Below are positions 41,613-53,560 of a DNA stretch of 64,000 nt, piece by piece. The position numbers and the translations under genes are program-made. The notes under the pieces were generated by a model. It was given only the letters and a program-made list of their open reading frames with translations, did not search any database and was not told where the DNA came from. Positions within the stretch are counted from its first letter, which is position 1; each line of letters opens with the position of its first letter. Source of the DNA: Ophelia neglecta (Eukaryota); contig OZ260661.1 in assembly GCA_965285935.1 (NCBI GenBank), positions 135,408,001 to 135,472,000 on the forward strand. The letters are read 5' to 3'.

Positions 41613-42269
41613 TTATAAACAAGACGGCGTGGTTATTGCAATAATTACGTGACATTACGCAGCTATTGAAAGGCCTAGAATGTTCTCGATCAAGTCTCAA
41701 CGTGGATACACGCACGTCCGCCCCGTTTTTTCCAGAGTGAAAGATATACTTGAGGGTCAATCAATCCTAAATATAGATAGACAGTAGTGTTGTTGATACA
41801 TACATGACGTAAATCTGTTTATAGCCACATGTGCTTAACATATAGTGCTCCAAAGTAAACGTTTAACAAAAACACATTCCATTGATTAACTGTAATATAA
41901 ACTATGTGGAGTGAAAAGTGAAGTGTATCATTCCAGTAATCATGTAACAGCGGAATAAATTGACATTTCTTACCGTTCATGCCATGTTCTATTGTCGCTG
42001 TACCACGCGCACTTGAATCTATCCTAGACAGGGGGGAAAACAACTTGGTAACAATACTGTATATATGGTGTATATATGTATATAAGAGACTCGCATTCCC
42101 TAGGCAGGGGGAAAAACATGGTAACCATAGTGTATCTATGGTGTATATAATTATGTATATAAGAGTCAAACATATCAATCATTTCCATGTGCACCTTTTT
42201 GAAATGAAAAATACCCATCGTGTACCGGGGATGGAGGTAGGGGATGGGGATAATAATTTGCATCCGCAT
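41613..42269 (+). repeat. 657-bp direct repeat, left copy (flanks the LINE)
   Basis: Matches 45229-45885 base for base apart from about six substitutions. Confidence 0.95.
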
Positions 42270-45228
42270 TGGCATTCACGCCTTCCAGATCACTCGGCCC
42301 TGTTAGCAGAATTCGATTTCGGTTTTGGTAATATAAGTTATACAAACCGTGTAAATACTAAAGACTATCATACCTGTCGATACAAACTGAAACAAATCCC
42401 ACTCGGCTTTATGGAAAGTGAGAACATAAGGAGGGCAATTCTCGATATTATTGCTCGTATTGAGAGTGCCCGCGAGACCCAGGACGAAAAAGACTTAATC
42501 TATGCTCAGTTGTGTGAGACGATAACCCAGGAAATGTCCCGCTTGATTCCCCAGTACAACTCCTCGAGTCAGTCAAAAAAACGGCACAAATTCAGGAGGC
42601 CTTACTGGAGCCAGGAACTATCTTCTTTGTGGACTAATATGTGTAATAAAGAAAACGAATTTCTTCATTGCTCCAGAGGTAGGCGTATTAAAAACAACTT
42701 AAGGCAGCAATATATATCGGCTCGAGATGCCTTCGATAAACTTCTGCGCCAATCAGAGCGGTCCTATAGGCGAACACAAGCGGTCGATATTGAGGAAATG
42801 ACAACTAATAACCCAAACGAGTTTTGGAGAAAAATCCAACAGCTAGGCCCCAGAAAAAACAGATCAATACCCACTGAAATAGTCGACGGTCAGGGCAATG
42901 TCATTAATGACGAATCTGCTGTTTTCGAACGCTGGAAATTAGATTTTAGGAATTTATATAATCGGGATGATGACACTAGTTTCGATAAAAATCATTACCA
43001 TCAATCAAAGTTGCACAAATATTTATTGGAGCTTGATATGGAGGATCCACTTTTCCTAACAAACTCGCAGTTAAACGGAAATATTACCAGCGATGAACTA
43101 ACATATATTGTTACGCGTGCTAGGTCGGGTTCTGCTTATGGATATGATGGCATACCCTATGACGTTCTTAAGTATCAGCCAGTCGTCACTGTGCTCCGAC
43201 ACCCCTTCCAGCTCGTCTTTGATTCAAGTATAATACCGTCTGAATGGAGAAAATCTATTGTGTGTCCTATTTTGAAAGTTGCCAACTCAGATAAACGTGA
43301 CCCATTGAACTATCGTGGTATCAGTTTATTATCCTGTATCAGCAAACTATACAGCTCTTTTATCAACGCACGGCTGAAAAAATACCTCGAGGGAAATGAT
43401 TTATTAGCGGACTAACAAAACGGTTTCAGAGCCCACAGATCCTGCGAAGAACATGTTTTTGCTTTGAATAGCATAGTTAGAAATAATAACTCAGTATTTA
43501 CAGCCTACATCGATTTAAAGAAATGTTTCGACTTCATCGACCGTGACATGTTGCTCTACAAGTTGTTGCTACTAAAGATCGATGGAAAACTGTATAATTC
43601 AATAAAATCTATATATTCCAGTACAACTTCGTGTGTGAGAATAAACAACAAATTAACTGACTGGTTTGATTGTTCTACTGGGGTCAGACAAGGATGTAAC
43701 CTGTCTCCCACATTGTTTTCTATATTTGCTAATGATCTCATCAAGGAGGTGAACAACCTCAATCTGGGGATTCAGATGGGCGATGTGTCAATATCATTGT
43801 TAATGTATGCCGACGACATCGTACTTATAGCAGACTCAGAGGCCAAATTACAAGCTATGCTCACGACCTTGCATGACTGGTGTAAACGCTGGAGAGTTCT
43901 TATAAACACTACCAAGTCCAAATGTATGCATTTCAGGAAAGGTAGAACCAAACGTAGTGACTTTCAGTTTACGATCGGCGATAACGTACTCGAGACAGTT
44001 GAGCAGTATAAATATTTAGGAGTAGTTTTTCAGGAGAGGAATAATTTCGTGCCAAATTGCGATGGATTATCTAAAGGAGCCTGCCGAGCTTTTGGAAACA
44101 TTATAAATAAAATACACTGTTTTAAAGACTTCGGCTTTAAGTCCTATGAAAAACTCTTCTATTCTTGCGTAACGCCAATTCTCGATTATTGTTCTTCTGT
44201 CTGGGGCTACAAACATTACCAGAGCATCGACAACGTACAGCACAGGGCCATGAGATACTTCCTAGGAGTACACCGTTTTGCCCCGCGACTGGCACTGTAC
44301 GGTGACACAGGGTGGCTTCCTGGTATGTATCGCAGGTGGGGCACTATGCTTCGTCTCTGGAATAGACTTATCTCGATGGACAACAATAGACTTGTAAAAC
44401 GCATACTTTACCATGACTACAACCTATGTAACAATAACTGGTCTTCCGAAATCAAGCAAATATTAACTCATATTGGTCTTTCATAAAATTTCGATACGAT
44501 GTCTCAAATTGACTTACCACGAGCTAAAGAACTTTTATCTACTTATTATGCCGATAAATGGGCACACGACACAGGACTTATAAATCATTTAAACTTGAAT
44601 TTAAATGTGAACATTTCGTTTTACTGAACCTACAAAAGCAGGAACGTTCTGTTTTGAGTCAATTCAGATGTGGAATTTTACCCCTTAGGATCGAGACCGG
44701 AAGATATGTCAGGGAGCCCCCAACCGATAGAGTTTGTAGATTTTGTGATCTGCAGTCTGTAGAAAATGAAAAACCCTTCCTATTTGAGTGCAGCCATTAT
44801 TCTCATATAAGATCATCTACCCTTGGTAGTTTACTAAATTCTCAACCCTTCACAAACTTGCCTTGTAATGATTCTATGTCTTTATTGATGTCTGAGTTCC
44901 CAAGAAAACTCGCCAAATTTATTCTAAGAGCCTATTTACACAGGAGAGATTCTCTTTATTCATAGAAATTCTGTGATTCCGATAATTGTATATGGATTTC
45001 GTGTGTCTGTGGGTTATATATTGTATATTTATATTTAATTTTGGAGAGCCAGACGGACAGATCTGGGAGGTTATTTACCTGCTGCCTTATATAATTGTAT
45101 AATATTCTGGTGACATATAGGCCCAATGGGCCGGATGCTTCTGTACTATGTGTAACGTACGGGGTAGCGACTGTTGTTTTCCATGTATATAGCCTAGCAC
45201 ATGTCACGGTAATAAATAATTTACTTAC
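42270..45228 (+). mobile_element. 5'-truncated, inactivated non-LTR retrotransposon (LINE ORF2; RTE-X-like C-terminus)
   Basis: Begins at the end of the APE endonuclease (LPDHS). RT motifs NYRGISLL, QNGFR, GVRQG..LSPTLF and YADD (~43806). C-terminal IETGRY..CRFC..ENE..C motif. Stops at 43413-43415 and 44484-44486 plus a frameshift near 44560. 3' end is aataaa followed by a (ttac) repeat tail. Confidence 0.92.
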
Positions 45229-45885
45229 TTATAAACAAGACGGCGTGGTTATTGCAATAATTACGTGACATTACGCAGCTATTGAAAGGCCTAGAATGTT
45301 CTCGATCAAGTCTCAACGTGGATACACACACGTCCGCCCCGTTTTTTCCAGAGTGAAAGATATACTTGAGGGTCAATCAATCCTAAATATAGATAGACAG
45401 TAGTGTTGTTGATACATACATGACGTAAATCTGTTTATAGCCACATGTGCTTAACATATAGTGCTTCAAAGTAAACGTTTAACAAAAACACATTCCATTG
45501 ATTAACTGTAATATAAACTATGTGGAGTGAAAAGTGAAGTGTATCATTCCAGTAATCATGTAACAGCGGAATAAATTGACATTTCTTACCGTTCATGCCA
45601 TGTTCTATTGTCGCTGTACCACGCGCACTTGAATCTATCCTAGACAGGGGGGAAAACAACTTGGTAACAATACTGTATATATGGTATATATATGTATATA
45701 AGAGACTCGCATTCCCTAGGCAGGGGGAAAAACATGGTAACCATAGTGTATCTATGGTGTATATAATTATGTATATAAGAGTCAAACATATCAATCATTT
45801 CCATGTGCACCTTTTTGAAATGAAAAATACCCATCATGTACCGGGGATGGAGGTAGGGGATGGGGATAATTATTGGCATCCGCAT
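45229..45885 (+). repeat. 657-bp direct repeat, right copy
   Basis: Starts immediately after the LINE tail; about 99% identical to 41613-42269. Confidence 0.95.
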
Positions 45886-46560
45886 ACGTCAAAAACATAA
45901 AAATTCAAGTAATAAAAGGTCAAGCTTATCCTTTGAACTTGCATGTTTCCTCGTGTTCCTAAAACAACAAAACAGTCATAATAATGTTTGAACATGAGCG
46001 TAGGGTTCAATATGTATTAATGTTATTGACATAGATCATGCTTTGTTTAGCTGTTAACTTTAAAGTAAGTTTTAAAGTAAGAATTATCGATTGTGACAAA
46101 AAAGATTCTTCCGACCATGTACAATTTAAACAAGTTGGAAAAATCTATATGAATGATATCAGTAAAATTCCTTACAGGCAATGCCCTCCTTTGAACGATT
46201 TCCTCACAGCCATTACATCGCACCGTGCAGGAGATTCTTTGCCTGGTGATCGCTTTCCGGGCACAGAACTCCGGGTGGACCTGGAAATATTGTATTGTCC
46301 AATACTACTACGGTTTGACTGTTTGCAATAAATGTATTAATATGTATAACTTTTATCTTTTAATATTTGAATTTTCAAAACTTTGTATCAAATTTATTAT
46401 AATATTATATTCTAACGAAAAAGTGTTCAAAAGTGGTCAAGTACGTGTATTCAATATACATTAAACACATGTCACATTCTATGAACTGTGTCCCTATTAG
46501 TGGATGGCGAAAAAGGTAAACAAAAAGTAGTTTAGTTCTCACTAAGAAAGGTTGACTTAC

Positions 46561-46808
46561 AGTGTCGGTATAGCCCCACAGGTGTCATCTGCCAGGGGAC
46601 AAATCACGGCTGTCCCCGATGTCTCTCCCTGTGGTGTAGCTTTCAGTTAACTAGAAAGACACTTGTCACAGAACCTATGACCTCAAAAAATGCCTGTACA
46701 GACTGAACCATTAAACGCTTGCCTATTGGGCACACATATTTTGAATCCACATCAACAAAACTCAGGTAATAACACTTGACTTTTGCAGTTAATTCGATAG
46801 CTTACCAT
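46561..46808 (-). pseudogene. Decayed duplicate of the TRAF RING exon 1
   Basis: MVSYRINCKSQVLLPEF/VDVDSKYVCPIGKRLMVQSVQAF/*GHRFCDKCLSS*..GTAVICPLADDTC.. followed by a GTAAGT donor; co-linear with 41455-41210 but with frameshifts and stops. Confidence 0.85.
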
Positions 46809-48439
46809 CGGTTTTCGTTGCGAGTGCTTCATAAACATTTATCTGGTTTATAATTGAATAATCAACCAGCATGTAGGTCCTGACAAATCATTTCTCTAAT
46901 GTACAACGACTGGATCCTGTATTTAAATAGTGCATTTAACCTTGTCCTAGTTAGGGTCATATAGTTTTCCCATAGTACGTACACACTTGAAGATGAATGG
47001 GTAATATTTTCTAACAAGGTGCGGTTGTTATCATGTATATTCGGTAATCACGCATGCAAGACGTCGTGAGAATAAACCCGGGAACATTGCCCCTTTATTG
47101 ACAGACCTACAACGACTATTATTTTTCTAGACGTGCCTAGACACACATCTGACGCATCTTTCTCAGACAGGTGCAATAGATAATAAGGGTTTCCAATTCT
47201 ACAAATAACACTTAATGTGTTAGATTTCAATATATGATGTAATGGGTGGGAAAAGCTTCTCCCTTACAACTTTGAATTTCCAGTGTTTCGACCTCTGCTC
47301 AATGTTACAGGTAAATTGTAATTCGGATTTTAAAAGGAATGCATAAATACCAAATCAGTTGTCACCAAGGTTTATTAAAATATGAATGAATTGTTGATAA
47401 CAGACACTCCACTGCGGAATATATGTTTGAGCATAAATAAGATTTTATAAACATAACCGACAATAGTATGGACAAAATAGAATAAACAATGTGTAAGCTT
47501 AGTACCAAATTAATGCAACATAATATTATTGGTCAGAAATCCCTGGCTTCAGAGAGTTTCGCGCTCCAGTGACAAACAAACGAATAGAAAAGAGCGGGTT
47601 CGTTTCTGGTGTTACTATATACCCAGTTATTTAGAACACACATCAGTTACCAAATAATACAATCAAGATAATTAATCCAACATTGTTCATATTGCAAGAA
47701 TATTTCAATCCGGATTTGTGAAAAAGATACATGTGACAATTTGTAAATTAGCAATATGTTATCTGAATTGCTATATTACGTAACGGAGAGAATACGCGTC
47801 GCTCGGCCATTCGTAATGTAGAAATGACGAGGTTGCCAGACCGAGTCGTGTCTTACGTGTTAACAACGTTATTATCCCTTACATAACAACTCGTCAATCA
47901 TGAAGGCTGATTCTTGGGGCAGAGAGGGCACCCTAAACAGAGTTACTATAACACAGATGGATTTAACTTGCTCTGAGTGCATAGTAGACGCAATTTTGCA
48001 CCAGAAACACCAGTGGCATCTGCCTAATTGAGAGCAAACGTGATTGGGTTTTGCCTAGTATACTGTTTACTGGGTGGTTTGCGATTTATTGTAGATAACA
48101 GTCCATACCATTGAACGAAAGTTGTAGCGCCATTTGATCCAGTCTTCCAAAAACAAAGCACTGTGCTACCTTGCCAATTTTCTCTCCAGTTAACATGACA
48201 ATATAATACATGAATAGGTTAGTACTTAAAGACATTAACATTACATTGCAAGCAGTGAATACATCACAAATTAAAGTTTTATACATATCGGTCTATTCGT
48301 GAGCAATGCTTTTTTGAATTCGTCTGGCTGTCTACCTTACACCACGGCTATAATCGTGATAGCAACAAAGCACTCACAGTGCAGTATTGCCTAGTTCGCT
48401 TATATTCGGTTCTGAAGACATCCACACTCAGTCTGGAAG

Positions 48440-51400
48440 ATGATTCCGTCTATACTTGGATTCCTTGCCCTAATTACAGGTAGATAAGAGTTTGCTTAGA
48501 TACATTTCCGATCAATCTTTCCATTGTATCATGTTTCGCTGGTTTGGGGGATACTGAGAATCCTTAAAAGTACTGCCGTGTATAATATTTTGGGCATATC
48601 TTTCTTCTTGGCAGTTTTCACTTTGTAAATAAAATGCCCGGAAATTTCAGCCTATAAGTGCACATCAAATTCTCTGTCTTTGTCTCTGTTCTCTGTCTCT
48701 GTCTCTCTTCGTATGACATTTCATACAATTTGGCAGTTTACAGAATACGAACATAACAAGCAAGTATAGCAATGCTCACTGTTAAGTCACCGGGAACTGC
48801 TTTAGTGATGCTGACTCAAAAAAAGAACTTTTGAATATAACCAGCCTCTAAGCTCAACATGAATTTCTGGCAATGCCACATCGTTCCTGTGTTGAATTGA
48901 TTTCATCATATTACATTTTGTAGTTGAATGTGATAATTGGAAAACTAACAAATCATTCTCGACTAGCTTCTTTGATTAAGTGTTGATTTCAGGTGCGGTG
49001 GCACAATGCAATACTGCTGTGAACTGGATACACTCCGATGAACATTGTTATTACATCTCCGAGCCTAACGATTTACAAAACTACACCGCCGCGCTTCACA
49101 CCTGTCGGCAGCTCGGGAGTTATCTATTATCACTCACAAGCCCAGAAGAAACTGACTTTATAATATACGATATGTGAGTGTCATCTTAAATAACTTTCAT
49201 TCCTTTATAGTTGAAATCCGCTTGACTTAATATTAATTTTGAGAATGCGCGTAGTCTGTTTAATCAGACAACGTAGTGATAGCGCGGGAGTTTACTATCA
49301 TCAGCCACCAGTCCAGAACTAACTTATTATGTGTGATTTGGGAGTGTAATTCGTTCATCTTTTGTATTCATTTGAAGACAGATTTATGTGAATTGCACAA
49401 AAATTCATTTGCTGGTCTAAGGGACGGACCATTCAATATCTGGGGGGGGGGGGGGGGGGGGCGACAATTTAAAAAAAAAAATTGTTTGTTTCTGGTTATG
49501 CATAAAAAAAATTGTTTGTTTCTGACTCTGGAAAAAATAAATTGTTTGTCTGATATTTTCTTTTAAAAAAATTGTTTGCATAAGCACTGATCCATTCTTC
49601 GATGGATTCTAAAAAAAGGTTGGCCTGACGGCCAAATAATGACTTAACACATAGGGTATACAAGTTTGATCAAGGCTAGGGAAAAAATATTTGACAGAGA
49701 TTTGTTAGAAAAAAAAATTGTTTGCTTTCCAGATAGGAAAAAATAAATTGTTTGTTTGTCCAAAGCTAGAAATTTTTTTGTTTCACTAGAAAATATTTTG
49801 TCGCCCCCCCCCCCCCCCCCCAAATATCTAATCGTGCGTCCCTAATTTCTAGTGATCCTTTATACTTTTCAAATCCATCTGGCTTAAAATTAAATTTGAG
49901 AGTACTTGTAGTCTGTTCATAAAACTTAGAAACGTATTTCTGTCGTTACGGCCTATGGTGTTGTTTTAATGAAATAAAACCACGTGTCGCGTTCTTACAG
50001 AATGGTTGAACAGAATAAATCGGCTATTTCATATAAACAGCCATTTAAATTTAACTTGGTAAAATATAATTACTAACTCAATTGGTAATCTTGATAAAAA
50101 AAAAACAGTTACAATTAAATTTAAATCAATTAACAGGTTGGATTGCAAGCAAGAGGGACACTGCAACCTTTACGACCCTAAATATCTCTTCTGGATCGGA
50201 CTCGGAAAATACACTCGCACGCCTCAGGATACTATAACCCGGAGGCGCGGCGGATGGACATGGCAGAGCGGAGAAATGTACAGCTGGCAGAACTGGTATC
50301 CCGAGCATCCGGGTCCGGATATAGAACACGGATTGTTGTATTACACCGGGCAATGGGCTGGCAAAACGGCAAATGATCAACTGAGATATATATGTGAGGG
50401 AAAGATAAATTGTAAGTTTTTATTAAACATATTGCTGTGCGGTCTATAGCCACTTTGTAAAATTCCAATATATTGCTCGCCATTACAATGACAATTTCTG
50501 GTTGGCAGCAATGGGTGTTTGGGTTTCCAGCATCGTCTGCAGCATACAATATTATATCAGTATGATGCAGCTGCACATGCCCCTAGCCCTACTATGATCG
50601 GGTTTGATCACTCAAAGCCAATTCAGTCTTTAACGGGTAGGTGCTAAAACAATGGTAACTAGAACCCACACATTTGGCAGTTAAGAATATATTGTTTAGA
50701 ACAGTTTGTCAACTGAGTTTAAACAGAGACAAAATCAACACGCGCACTCGCTGAGTTTGCCAGACGTTACCGTAGATGATATAGAACCCATAGATGCACA
50801 GAAGTGACTTAACTTTGTTAGCTTAGTTATCCTGCTGCATTATTTCTTTGAGACTACTATCATTTTCCCCGTTTCCCCGTGTACTTGTAATCATCATTGT
50901 GTGCCAAATTAAATCACAATTTCATAATCTATACATAAAACCAATTTACAATGAGAGGCGGTTCAATGGCTCATAAATCAATTCATTTCTATGTGAACCC
51001 TAATATATAAACTTGTTTACCCAAACCAAATTAAGCTTTTCAACCAGCTACAGATGCGTGCAAAAATGTGACTGACGGCTATATGTTTATATTATTTTTA
51101 TTATTAAGAACAAAGTTAAAATGTATTGTTGCCACAGATCATATACCAAATGCATCATGCCTAATCACAAAAAGGCATACATATAAACAATTGGGGCTAG
51201 ATAATTGAGCGTGTAGTATAAAATTCTGTTACAAAAAGAGGCAGAAGCCTATATGTCTCGCCACATTTAAACCAAATCAATGTTTCGTTATTTGTAGAGC
51301 AAGGTGCAGGGGGAAAAGTCGTATCATATACACACACAAATGTATAGACACACTAGTGATAGTATCAGGTCAAATTAGAATGAATAAATAAGCGTTACAG

Positions 51401-52410
51401 AAGAAATGTTAACAAAGACAGGGATCATTAGAAGCTTAGTTAGTCTATGAAGTATAATATAATAAGTGACACTTTGCTAATTTGAACAATTCTAATATGT
51501 TATGCACTATTATACAAGGACTATTGTCTGTGTTAACATTGCGTGTTTGATTTTCAGCTTCGTCATTTCCGGGTATCGATGGTCCTATCGATGGTCCGAC
51601 CACCGATTGGTATTCTCCATCCTCGCCACCAGCTGCCAACATGATCGTCCCAGCAGTGTTCAGCGGTAAGCGATACTTGTACTCCCCTTCAATGTACGGA
51701 TAAAAATCAAACTCATCAAAAATCTCATTTCTTTGTTACTTTCCTATATGCTTCAATTACATGAATAAATTGATATTTTTTATAAGGAAGGAAATGGTTT
51801 AAGTTAGTCTTATTAATTGACTTTCAGACCAAGCAATGAGCATTATTATCATCAGCGCCTCCGTTGGTCTGCCCATATTGTTAGTGGTGATGCTTGTTAC
51901 AATTGTTATATACCAAAAAGAAAGGTAAATTTCCCTATACATGTACATTTCTTTTGGTATAATTTAATTGTATCGTAATCTGCACATCGTAGAACGTTAA
52001 GAAAGAAGAAATGTGCTAAGATATTATGTTAGTGAAATAAAAACGGAGTAACCTAGAATAATTCAATTGTACATGTAACGTTGTAGATATTATCCCGGAT
52101 AATGGTACCGACAATTTCGTCTTCTTGTAGGAGGAAATTACACAATATTCGTCAACAAGGACCAGAATGTTTAGCTAGCCCTTACACTGAGCCTTGCGAC
52201 AATCAGGAGCCGGGGCCATCAGGCGTGACCAGTGAACGACAAAATAGCGTAAACAAGCTCCAAATGCCCGCAAATGACATGAATCCTCATGATCGCATTG
52301 GAAATTCTAGCCAAATGGCTGAACCTGTAAACGACGAATATGAGGAATTACGTGGTGTCCCAATGAGCAGCAATCGCAGTAGTATCTACCAGGGACTAGC
52401 TCCCGTTTAA
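48440..52410 (+). CDS. CLR6: type I membrane C-type lectin receptor (~326 aa, 6 exons) with an ITAM-like tail
   Basis: Exons 48440-48479 (signal), 48993-49173 and 50137-50411 (CTLD: HCYYISE..FWIGL..WQNW..RYICE), 51558-51665 (stalk), 51828-51924 (TM), 52131-52410 (tail ..DEYEEL-x12-YQGL); 981 nt open frame. Confidence 0.88.
49421..49842. mobile_element. PIF/Harbinger (Tourist-like) MITE in CLR6 intron 2
   Basis: TAA|gggacggaccattcaatatctggggg ... cccccaaatatctaatcgtgcgtccc|TAA: imperfect TIRs and a TAA target duplication. Confidence 0.75.
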
Positions 52411-52698
52411 AATCAGGCATCGATCTCACCGATCGTCCCTTCAGACATATAACAGACTGAAGCTAGTCGTTATATATTTTCAATGTACATTTAGTCACTG
52501 CTAATAAGTGTTTCCAATTATCAATTTAGTAATGGCAACATTATATAAGCTGTGTTGACATTTATGTTTATATTCGCGCTGTATGTTCCGCATATTTCAG
52601 TCAAAATTCATTTGTTCACGTGATTTTGACTTTCTTTTAAATAATTATTCATAACCTTACTATTGGAAAAGTTGAGCAAATCAATAAATGTATGCATA

Positions 52699-52878
52699 CA
52701 GTGAAACCTGTCTAATCAGGTCAGTCAAGGGACTGGAAAAAAACTGACCACATTATGTAGGTGGCCTTAATAGGCAGGTCTATTAACACAGGCATAAATG
52801 GGGATTGGACTATTATTTAGTGACCTTAGTGGGCAGGTGCCCTTATTACACAGGTGACCACAAACACAGGTTTCACTG
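52699..52878. mobile_element. Tc1/mariner (pogo/Tigger-type) MITE
   Basis: TA|cagtgaaacctgt ... acaggtttcactg|TA TIRs with TA target site duplication. Confidence 0.85.
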
Positions 52879-52929
52879 TATTTTGTTTAACATTAAAAAT
52901 CTTGGTGTATATTATTTCTCTATATGAAA

Positions 52930-53560
52930 ATACAAAGATCATTCCTATTAAAAAATGAAATTCATCTTCGAGTTTTTTACACAAGGCTCTGCATACTCTA
53001 AGGCAAGCTTGCGCCAGCAACACTTTCAATTGACAACTGATTTCTATTTCTAAATGAAGATAACGTCTTTATATTCATATCACCCAAACCGCAAGTCGTA
53101 TAATTTGGCAAATATTCCAACCCTTCTTTGGCATTTCGGTACCATTTCTTTGGCATTGTATATATATACCAAGAGGTTCCTCCTGAAATGAAGAACGACT
53201 CCACTGGCTACACTAGCCGATACAATCAGGTTGAACAATACATACCACAATAGAAGATAGCAAAATAAAAAATGTTTTTAAAAAAGTCAATTATACATTG
53301 TTTGAAGTCATCTCTCTTAATTTAAATGCTGGTTACACAAAAATAGCAAAATAACAGATAGCAATTTTCATTAGCAAATGGTCAGAATTAGTGAAAGGGT
53401 TAATAAAATGCAGTGAAGATTGACATAAGTTTACATTCCCGGGCAGGTGTCGTGTGCGAAGTGGCCTATATAAAGGACAAATCAAAACAAAGTGATAAGA
53501 GTCTTCCACCAAAAACTCCCCCGGATTGAACAATGATTGCACAATCTAAGCTCAGGATGA
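52930..53560 (-). mobile_element. Two decayed LINE 3' fragments (C-terminal Cys/His motif)
   Basis: Translations RVCRALCKKLEDEFHFL and VEDSYHFVLICPLYRPLR resemble the CxxC..EDExHF..C..Y motif of the same LINE class. Confidence 0.55.

Noticed and set aside
41580-41930. NF-kB-, CRE- and IRF-like words upstream of TRAF3 (gggactttt, tgacgtaa, gtgaaaagtgaagt)
   Set aside because: Short imperfect matches expected by chance; no conservation or binding evidence available.
41613-45885. LTR retrotransposon (long direct repeats around an RT)
   Set aside because: The RT is non-LTR type with an endonuclease remnant and its own simple-repeat tail; there are no TG..CA ends, gag, integrase or PBS.
45435-45900. 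Duplicated 80-120-aa ORFs here and at 41819-42275
   Set aside because: Their similarity only reflects the recent DNA duplication; the composition is not protein-like.
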